Origin: an uncultured Coriobacteriaceae bacterium
Lineage (GTDB): Bacteria; Actinomycetota; Coriobacteriia; Coriobacteriales; Atopobiaceae
NCBI GenBank assembly: GCA_902772085.1
Contig: CACXZL010000002.1
Span: 1-48,654, forward strand
Direction: 5' to 3'
Length of the DNA stretch: 48,654 nucleotides
Shown here piece after piece: positions 7,689 to 15,036 of the stretch. Under the pieces are notes generated by a model that saw nothing but the letters and a program-made list of their open reading frames with translations, was not told the DNA's origin and ran no database searches. A program made the translations under genes and the position numbers. How positions within the stretch are numbered: position 1 is the first letter of the stretch; each line of letters starts with the position of its first letter.

Positions 7689-9141
7689 CAACATCCTCCT
7701 CATACGTTATCGTGTCTTCGAGCCAGCGGTCTTGGTCTTGTTTGCCGTTTGTGGCGTGAGCACTTATGCGGATCCGCACGGAGTCCGCGTCGTCGCGCGT
7801 ATACAGGAACTCGGGATCCTTCTCGTAGGCACGTACGATTGTCCATGTGTCACGTGATGGGTCGTAACGCTCGAACTGGTACTCTATGGGGGTCTTGCTG
7901 CCGGTCTGAGCGATCGTGGTGACGAGTATTCCCTCGTTGGTAACCGCGTGCTCGTAGTCTATGGAGTCCACGAATTCAACCGAGTCGAGATATGCCTGCC
8001 AGCCGGCGTCGCTGTAGTCGTAAAAGAGCTCATCGACGGGCTCGCCCGCCTCGATGCGCTGTATGAGCGTCGCGATGGTGCTTCCCACCTCGACGGCGCC
8101 TTCGTTGTTTACATGAAGCGGGTCGAAGAAGAACGAGAGGCCGGGATCCATCACGTCGCGGTGCAGCAGGTTGAGGTCGAAGTACGTCGCCCCCGCGTCG
8201 CGGGCAATCGTCTGGACCTGCGTCATGCCCTTTACGTAATCGTTGCCGTAAAAGCGCACGGCGGAAGGGGTGTACAGGGCACCCACCACGTAGAGCGGGA
8301 TGCCGCGTCGCTGGCAAAACGCGCAAATCTGCTGCAGCGACCTCACGTTCGCCTCGCAAAACGGCACGTCCTTGTAGGCGCCGAACTGCTGGTCGTGGGT
8401 GTTTTGCGGCTCCATGGTCGCGCGCATGCCGCCAAAGCCCTGCGCGTCGTACTGCCAGTTGCCTGCCTCGAGCTTCGATGCCTCGTAGATGTTTCCGTTC
8501 AGGCGGTTCTGGACGTTTGCGCGGACGACCTCCGGCGTGTAGGTCACGTGGTTGTATATCCAGGGAAAGGCGCAGTACAGCGAGTCCTTCTTCCCAAAGA
8601 ACTGCTCGTTGCACACCAGCCTGCCTACGTCGGCGACGGCCTCGAGGGGCGACTCGCCCAGGCACTTGGACTGCGTGAACGCCAGCGCCGAGTTGATGTA
8701 GGGCTCGCCGGCCATGGACTCGTATCCTATGCAGAGGACGGCACGGGCGAGGTCGTGGTCTGCGGCTGCGGTCTCCAGGGCTGCCAGGGTATTGTCGAGC
8801 GTCTGGCCAGGAGAGCCGAAGTTGTACGAAGAGGATCCGAGGACCTTGTCGAAGGCGCGGGGGTCTATGTCGTAGGCGGCGTAGGAGGACCCGAGAAAGA
8901 CGGTGTCTACGTGCTTCGCCTGACGATAGTCGTGCCACACGAGCTCCGAATGAGCGCCATATGGCTCAAGCGCGAGGCAAAGGAGCGCGTCTATGAGAAT
9001 GACTGCGGCTATGGCAACAAGGGCAGTGGCGAGGCGACGGCCGCGACGGCTTCGCCCCTCCTCCGCGCGAGGCACTGCCCTCGACTCGTCACGAGGGGGC
9101 GTCTCAATTGGCGAGGCAGGCGGCGTTCTAGAAGTTGGCAT
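7678..9141 (-). CDS. DltD-like / SGNH-fold membrane-anchored ectoenzyme, paralogue 1, with extra C-terminal module
   Basis: ORF 7678..9174. The ATG at 9141 is preceded by GGAGGAGG and overlaps the MBOAT stop by 14 nt. One TM helix, VFLGSSYA and FFDPLHVNNEGA motifs. It is colinear with paralogue 2 along its whole length. Confidence 0.7.
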   Translation of the reverse strand: MPTSRTPPASPIETPPRDESRAVPRAEEGRSRRGRRLATALVAIAAVILIDALLCLALEPYGAHSELVWHDYRQAKHVDTVFLGSSYAAYDIDPRAFDKVLGSSSYNFGSPGQTLDNTLAALETAAADHDLARAVLCIGYESMAGEPYINSALAFTQSKCLGESPLEAVADVGRLVCNEQFFGKKDSLYCAFPWIYNHVTYTPEVVRANVQNRLNGNIYEASKLEAGNWQYDAQGFGGMRATMEPQNTHDQQFGAYKDVPFCEANVRSLQQICAFCQRRGIPLYVVGALYTPSAVRFYGNDYVKGMTQVQTIARDAGATYFDLNLLHRDVMDPGLSFFFDPLHVNNEGAVEVGSTIATLIQRIEAGEPVDELFYDYSDAGWQAYLDSVEFVDSIDYEHAVTNEGILVTTIAQTGSKTPIEYQFERYDPSRDTWTIVRAYEKDPEFLYTRDDADSVRIRISAHATNGKQDQDRWLEDTITYEEDVDER

Positions 9142-10723
9142 AGAGGAAGCCGCCTCCTCCGCCCGTGGTGTCATATGCTGCGCCAGCCGCCACGACGAGG
9201 ATGATCGTCACGTAGACCGCCACGCGCACGGGCAGACGCCAGCCAAGGACCGCCGCGCGTACGTCGGTGCCGCGCTCGTAGAGGACGTCTACCGCAAAGA
9301 TGATCGCCAAGGCCGCCCAGACGGGCACGGGGAAGCCAAGCTCGTCGGCGTAGGTGGCGTCGTATGCCACGAGCGAATCGCGCAACGGGCCATATCCTGT
9401 GCCGGTCACAATGTTTCGTATGGCAAAGAACGAGTCGGATGTGCGCGCAAAGCAGTCAAAGAACCGCCCGACGCACACGACCACGAAGGTCCGCGCGATG
9501 GCAAAGAGCCTGAAGCCGGCGGATTCCCGGCGCACGTGCGTGACCTCGGCGAGTTTGTTGAACAAAGGCGCGCAGAGGTCCGATGCGGCCACGATGACGC
9601 CGTTGTAGAGACCCCAGGCGATATAGTGCAGCTCGGCGCCGTGCCATAGGCCCACGAGCAGGAAGACGATGATGTTTGCCACGCAGGCTGGAAGCGTGCG
9701 GCCGGCGTGCTTGCCGAGATGCTTGCCGGCCCATTTGCCAAAGTTGCGGCTCGGCGAGGTCACGGCCAGCGGGTAAAACACGTAGTCGCGCATCCAGGCG
9801 CCGAGCGACATGTGCCAGCGACGCCAGAAGTCGGCAAGAGATACCGAGAAGTAGGGCTGACGGAAGTTCTGGTCCATCTCGATGCCAAAGAGCTCGGATA
9901 CGCCCTCGACGATGTCTATGCCGCCCGAGAAGTCCGCATACATCTGAATCGAGTAGACCACCACGCCAAAGATTGCCAGAGAGCCGGGGATGTGTGGCCC
10001 GGCGGCCTGCACAAACACCGTGTCTACCACGTTTGAGAGCGCGTTTGCCACAGCGATCTTCTTGAGCATGCCAAAGCCGAGTCGAAGCAGGCCGCGCTCT
10101 ATGTGGTCGCCGTCTGCATGGTGGACTTCGAAGAGCTGGGGGTCGAGGGTGGTGTGGCGGTTTATGGGACCTTGGATGATCTGCGGGAAGTAGGAGACGA
10201 AGAGCAGATGTCGCGCGAAGTTGCGCTGTGGTGGGTACTTCGCGTTGTACGAGTCGATGAGGTAGCCCAGAGACTGAAAGATGTAAAACGAGATGCCCAG
10301 GGGGAGCAGGATGCCCAGGCTGGTGGTGGACTCCGCGCGGCCAGCGTAGAAGAGCAGCACGTTCCAGTACTTGAAGTAGCCCAGGATGCCGACGCACGCG
10401 GCGAGTGCCAAAACGAGGACGACGCGTCGCTTGCGTGTAAACGCTCGTTTGACGGCCTTCTTTGCGTCGCGGCCCTTTGCCTGCTTGCGAGCGGTCTTGT
10501 CAGCTTGGTGCAGGCGGTCGAGCCCGAGGCCCGCCCCCCAGGTGACGAGGGCGACCGCAACGGCGTAGATGAGTGTGGATGCTCCGCCCATGAGGCAGTA
10601 GAACGCCAGGCTGCCCACGAGAAGCACGATCCATTGCGACTTGTGCGCAAGGCGGCCTACGACGTAGTACACCGCCAACAAACCGGCGAGGAAAAAGAAG
10701 AACTGAAGCGAGATGAGTTCCAC
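9128..10723 (-). CDS. MBOAT-family membrane O-acyltransferase (DltB/AlgI-like)
   Basis: 531 aa, polytopic, GTG start. Has FWRRWHMSLGAWMRDYVFYPL and VGLWHG (conserved MBOAT His). Confidence 0.85.
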   Translation of the reverse strand: MELISLQFFFFLAGLLAVYYVVGRLAHKSQWIVLLVGSLAFYCLMGGASTLIYAVAVALVTWGAGLGLDRLHQADKTARKQAKGRDAKKAVKRAFTRKRRVVLVLALAACVGILGYFKYWNVLLFYAGRAESTTSLGILLPLGISFYIFQSLGYLIDSYNAKYPPQRNFARHLLFVSYFPQIIQGPINRHTTLDPQLFEVHHADGDHIERGLLRLGFGMLKKIAVANALSNVVDTVFVQAAGPHIPGSLAIFGVVVYSIQMYADFSGGIDIVEGVSELFGIEMDQNFRQPYFSVSLADFWRRWHMSLGAWMRDYVFYPLAVTSPSRNFGKWAGKHLGKHAGRTLPACVANIIVFLLVGLWHGAELHYIAWGLYNGVIVAASDLCAPLFNKLAEVTHVRRESAGFRLFAIARTFVVVCVGRFFDCFARTSDSFFAIRNIVTGTGYGPLRDSLVAYDATYADELGFPVPVWAALAIIFAVDVLYERGTDVRAAVLGWRLPVRVAVYVTIILVVAAGAAYDTTGGGGGFLYANF

Positions 10724-10780
10724 GTGCGACCTTAAATCCGGATTGGGAACAAAGAAGTATTATCATACCACAAAATTGGG

Positions 10781-10835
10781 CCTCGCCAAACGCGATTCCA
10801 GCAAGAGACCCCTCGCCAAACGAAATACCAGCAGA
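10781..10835. repeat. Two further copies of the 25-nt unit at 30-bp phasing
   Basis: CCTCGCCAAACGCGATTCCAGCAAG at 10781 and CCTCGCCAAACGAAATACCAGCAGA at 10811, the same family as 2752..2980. They lie 58-112 nt upstream of the MBOAT start codon. Confidence 0.85.
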
Positions 10836-11220
10836 TTGCAGGCCCGGTGTCCTGGCAATTCCGTGAACAGTGGCCTCGCGAGAGAACGGCCGCTGCCGGG
10901 CGTGCCCCTTGCGTGCTGAGACGGACACTTCCGTGTTGGAAGCATCCTCCTCAGCACACAACAAGTGCGCGGCGTGTGCAAAAGCGGACAAGTGCCGCGC
11001 CGCTGCTGCCGTCTCTTGTTCGATTCTGCACACGGGGTGCCGAGTCGGACGGAGGAGCGGCCGCGCACGCCTCTCGCCATGGCCGCGCACGCCTCTCGCC
11101 CCATGGCCGCGCCCAACCCTTACCGCCTGATTCGCGCGTTTGCGGTCACGTGGAGGCTGAAGCCCTGCGCAAGCGTTAAGGTAAAGTATGTGCGTATACA
11201 TCCCTGAGAAGGAGTAGCCT

Positions 11221-12888
11221 ATGTCCGATTCCATCCGCAAGGTCAACGTTATCGGCCACCTCAATCCCGATACCGACAGCATCTGCGCCGCCATCTCCTA
11301 TGCATACCTCAAGAACCAGATCGACCAGAGCACCGTCTACGAAGCACGCCGTGCCGGTGCGGTGAACCGCGAGACGGGATACGCCCTCGCGCACTTCGGC
11401 TTTGACGAGCCGCGCCTCATCACGAGCGTGCGGCCGCAACTCAAGGACCTCAGCCTCACCGAGCAGGCGGGCATCAACGCCGAGACGAGCCTCTTTGTGG
11501 CGTGGAGCCTCATGCGCGAGGAAGGCATGAGCACCTTGGCCATCACCGACGAGAAGCGTACGCTTCAGGGCGTCATCGCCGTGCAAGACATCGCAAACGC
11601 AAACATGGACATCCTCGACCGCAGCTCGCTCGGTGAGGCGTGCACTCCGTATGTGAACCTTCTCGACACGCTGCAGGGCACGATGGTCGTGGGCGATCCC
11701 AAGGGCTGCATCAGCTCGGGCCAGGTATGCGTGGGCACGAGCCCCAAAGCCATGGCCAACGTCGTGAAGACTGGTGACACGGTGCTCGTGACCAATCGCT
11801 TCAAGTCCCAAAGCTTCGCTCTCGAGCAGGGCGCCAGCTGCCTCATCGTGTGCTGCGAAGCCGACGTGACCGAGCCGATCAAGAAGCTCGCCATGGAACG
11901 CGGTGCCGTGATCATCACCACGCCGTATGATACCTACGCGGCCGCCCGCCTCATCTCCATGGCCTTGCCGGTGCGCGCAAAGATGCTCGACGCGGGGAAG
12001 GCGGAGACGTTCTCGCTCAACACGTCGGTGGAAGAGGCCCAGAAGGCCATGGCTCGCACGGGCCATCGCTTCTTCCCCGTATCGGACGAAGAGGGCCACT
12101 ACTTCTCGCTCGTGGGCTCTGGCGATATGGTGAACCCAAAGAAGAAGAACGTCATCCTCGTAGACCACGCCGAGGTCTCGCAGATGGTAGACGGTATGGA
12201 GGAGGCCGAGATACTCGAGGTCGTCGACCACCACCGCGTGGGCACGCTCGAGACCCCTGGCCCCATCTTCTACCGCCTGCAGCCCGTGGGATGCACCTGC
12301 ACCATCATCTACGAGATGTTCCAGGAGAACGGCATCGAGATTCCCGCAAACATCGCCGGCCTCATGATGAGCGCCATCCTTTCCGACACCCTCTGCTTCC
12401 GCTCGCCCACCTGCACCCCGCGTGACGTGTACGTGGGCAAGGAGCTTGCAAAGATCTGCGGCGAGGACCCCGACATCTACAGCGACGCCATGTTTGACGC
12501 CGGCGCCGACCTTGAGGGCCGCACGGCAGACGAGGTCTTCAACTCCGACTTCAAGATCTTCAGCCGCGGCAACGTGAGCTTCGGCGTAGGACAGGGCTCC
12601 TACATGACGGAAAACAGCCGCAAGGCTGGCGAGGAGCTGCTCGCCCCGTACTTCGAGACTGCCGCGAAGCTCAAGGACGTCCCGATGATTTTCTATATGT
12701 TTACCGATATCAAGAGCCAGACGACCGAGATGCTCTACTGGGGCAATGGCGCCGAGCGCCTGTGCGCCCGCGCGTTCAACGCCGAGGCAAAGGACGGCAT
12801 GGCCGTGCTGCCCGGCGTGGTGAGCCGCAAGAAGCAGGTCATTCCCGCGATGATGAACACCCTTGCCAGGTTTGAGGTGGAAGAGTAA
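11221..12888 (+). CDS. ppaC: Family II (DHH) inorganic pyrophosphatase with CBS/DRTGG insert (CBS-PPase)
   Basis: 555 aa with VIGHLNPDTDS, VDHAE, VVDHHRVG and DHHA2-type C-terminus (SAILSDTLCFRSPTCT). The inserted regulatory region is typical of CBS-PPases. Confidence 0.85.
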   Translation: MSDSIRKVNVIGHLNPDTDSICAAISYAYLKNQIDQSTVYEARRAGAVNRETGYALAHFGFDEPRLITSVRPQLKDLSLTEQAGINAETSLFVAWSLMREEGMSTLAITDEKRTLQGVIAVQDIANANMDILDRSSLGEACTPYVNLLDTLQGTMVVGDPKGCISSGQVCVGTSPKAMANVVKTGDTVLVTNRFKSQSFALEQGASCLIVCCEADVTEPIKKLAMERGAVIITTPYDTYAAARLISMALPVRAKMLDAGKAETFSLNTSVEEAQKAMARTGHRFFPVSDEEGHYFSLVGSGDMVNPKKKNVILVDHAEVSQMVDGMEEAEILEVVDHHRVGTLETPGPIFYRLQPVGCTCTIIYEMFQENGIEIPANIAGLMMSAILSDTLCFRSPTCTPRDVYVGKELAKICGEDPDIYSDAMFDAGADLEGRTADEVFNSDFKIFSRGNVSFGVGQGSYMTENSRKAGEELLAPYFETAAKLKDVPMIFYMFTDIKSQTTEMLYWGNGAERLCARAFNAEAKDGMAVLPGVVSRKKQVIPAMMNTLARFEVEE

Positions 12889-12908
12889 ACAAGTACGGCC
12901 TTCACGAG

Positions 12909-12948
12909 AAAGGACGGCCCCTCTGCTGTGCAAAGGGGCCGTCCTTTT
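12909..12948. terminator. Bidirectional rho-independent terminator between the convergent ppaC paralogues
   Basis: GAAAGGACGGCCCCT-loop-AGGGGCCGTCCTTTT. The A-run and T-run flank a 13-14-bp GC-rich stem. Confidence 0.8.
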
Positions 12949-12985
12949 GCGTGAGGCTTGTTGCGCATGGGGCGTGTCGTCCGCC

Positions 12986-14662
12986 TTACGCCTGCTCCTC
13001 CTGATAGCGCTGCAACGTCGTCATGAGGGCGGGAATCACCTGTTTCTTGCGGCTTACGATGCCGGGCAGGATGGCCTTGCCGTTCTTGGGCGTCACGTTG
13101 AAGGCGCGTGCGAGAAGCCCCTCGGCGTTTGGCCCATAGCAAAGCATCTCGGTGGACTGGCTGCGGATGTCGGTAAACATATAGTAGATGATGGGGATTT
13201 CCTTGGTCCGTGATGCCGTCTCGAAGTAGGGCTCCAAGAGCTTTTCTGCGGCCCTGCGGCTGCTTTTGGTCATGTATGAACCCTGCCCGACGCCGAAGCT
13301 CGCATCGCCACGACTGAAGATCTTGAAGTCGGAGTTGAAGACCTCGTCTGCCGTGCGGCCTTCAAGGTTTGCGCCGGCGTCAAACATGGCGTCGCTGTAC
13401 GACTCGGGATTCTCGCCGCAGATGTGTGCGAGCGCGTAGCCGGCCTCGATGTCTTCTGGCGTGCAGGTAGGCGAGCGGAAGCAGAGCGTGTCTGACAAGA
13501 TCGCGCTCATCATGAGGCCGGCGATGTCTGTGGGAATCTCGATGCCATGCTCCTGGAACATTTCGTAGATGATGGTGCAGGTGCATCCCACGGGCTCGCA
13601 GCGATAGTAGATCGGCCCCGGCGTCTCTATGGTGCCCACGCGGTGATGGTCGATGATCTCCATGATCTCCGCCTCGGCTATGCCGTCTACGGTTTGCGAG
13701 AGCTCGGCGTGGTCTACGAGGATGACGTGCTTCTTGTCGACGTTCAGCATGTTTGGGGAACTCACGACACCGATGTATCGGCCGTCCTCGTTCAGCACGG
13801 GAAAGACGCGGTGCTGCGTCTTTGCCATGACGCGACGGGCTTCGTCGACGGCGGTGTTTATGGAAAACGCCTCGATTTTCTCTTCGGGCAGCATCTTTGC
13901 ACGAACGGGAATGGACATGGTGATGAGCCTTGCGGCGGCAAACGTATCGAGCTTTGTGGAGATGATGGTGCAGCCTCGCTCTTCCGCGATGTTGCGAATG
14001 ACGGTGGATACGCTCGCACCGCAACAAACGATGAGGCATCCTGCGCCCGACTCCAAGGCGAAGCGATGCGACTCGTAACGGTTTGTGACCAAGATCATGT
14101 CGCCGGGAGACACGTTTCCTTCCATCATCTCGGGCGTGGTGCCAATGGAGAGCTTGCCCATGCGTATGACGTCGTGTGGGTCACCAACGACGAGCTTGCC
14201 CTCAAGCGTGTCCAACACGTTTTGGTAGGGCGTGCGGGCGCGTGAGAGGGCGAAGTTGTCGAGTATGTCCATGTTTGCGTTCGCGATGTCACGTACGGCG
14301 ATGAGCCCTTCCAAGTTGCCGTCCATGTCGGTCACGCAGAGGGTGCCCGTGGAGGTGTCGCGCATGAGGTTCCACGCGACTTGCAGGCTTGTCTCGAGCC
14401 CAATGCCCTGGAGCGGCGTGACGTCGATGTCTTTGATTTGCGGGGCCACGCTGGTGATGAGACGCGGCTCGTCGAAGCCGAAATGGCGCAGCGCAAAGGC
14501 GGTCTCGCGGTTTATCGTGCCTGCACGTCGAGCCTCGTAGCCCGTTTCGCTTGCGTCGATCTGATTCTTCAGGTAGGCATAGGAGATTGCAGCACAAATG
14601 CTATCGGTATCTGGGTTGAGATGACCGATAACGTTTACCTTGCGGACGGCATCGGGTGACAT
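12986..14662 (-). CDS. ppaC: Family II inorganic pyrophosphatase with CBS/DRTGG insert, second paralogue
   Basis: ORF 12986..14824 trimmed to ATG 14662 (MSPDAVRKVNVIGHLNPDTDS...), preceded by GAGGAG. Colinear with the + strand paralogue. Confidence 0.85.
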   Translation of the reverse strand: MSPDAVRKVNVIGHLNPDTDSICAAISYAYLKNQIDASETGYEARRAGTINRETAFALRHFGFDEPRLITSVAPQIKDIDVTPLQGIGLETSLQVAWNLMRDTSTGTLCVTDMDGNLEGLIAVRDIANANMDILDNFALSRARTPYQNVLDTLEGKLVVGDPHDVIRMGKLSIGTTPEMMEGNVSPGDMILVTNRYESHRFALESGAGCLIVCCGASVSTVIRNIAEERGCTIISTKLDTFAAARLITMSIPVRAKMLPEEKIEAFSINTAVDEARRVMAKTQHRVFPVLNEDGRYIGVVSSPNMLNVDKKHVILVDHAELSQTVDGIAEAEIMEIIDHHRVGTIETPGPIYYRCEPVGCTCTIIYEMFQEHGIEIPTDIAGLMMSAILSDTLCFRSPTCTPEDIEAGYALAHICGENPESYSDAMFDAGANLEGRTADEVFNSDFKIFSRGDASFGVGQGSYMTKSSRRAAEKLLEPYFETASRTKEIPIIYYMFTDIRSQSTEMLCYGPNAEGLLARAFNVTPKNGKAILPGIVSRKKQVIPALMTTLQRYQEEQA

Positions 14663-14785
14663 AAGATACTCCTCAGTGCGGTTGGCTGCTGGATAATCCA
14701 TTCTATGTAATAGACTCAGAAGCAGGACGAACGTTCGGTGGGCAGTGTGATATGTTCGGCAGAAGGGCTGCCGTCCGCAAGAAAG

Positions 14786-14888
14786 GTTGCCGTTTACGCT
14801 CCTGGCCCCTGCGCATGCCAGCAAGCTGCTCCGCGCTCGCTTCGTGAGCCGCCGCTTGCTGGCATGCGCAGGGGCCAGGGGAGTGAAC
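14786..14888. repeat. Long-stem hairpin repeat, family copy B
   Basis: GTTGCCGTTTACGCTCCTGGCCCCTGCGCATGCCAGCAAGC / GCTTGCTGGCATGCGCAGGGGCCAGGGGAGTGAAC around the core TGCTCCGCGCTCGCTTCGTGAGCCGCC. Confidence 0.85.
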
Positions 14889-15036
14889 CAAGAAACGCTT
14901 CCAAGTCAGAAGAACTGTCAAGGGGACTTGGCTCCTCTTCACATTCCGATAGACTATGGGAAGTGATAGGGGGAGTGCCATGTCGGCGATTTGCACGCAT
15001 GCCTCGAAAACGGCGCACGAGAGATAGGAGCCTACC

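Noticed and set aside
11176-12933. 585-aa ORF on the minus strand exactly mirroring ppaC. Similar long antisense ORFs occur at 4876..6108, 7948..9204, 13547..14245, 19034..20158, 23701..25113 and 42145..43065.
   Set aside because: These are typical high-GC antisense open frames. They have Arg/Ala/Gly/His-rich low-complexity translations, no Shine-Dalgarno and no recognisable motifs. The opposite strand carries strongly recognisable proteins.
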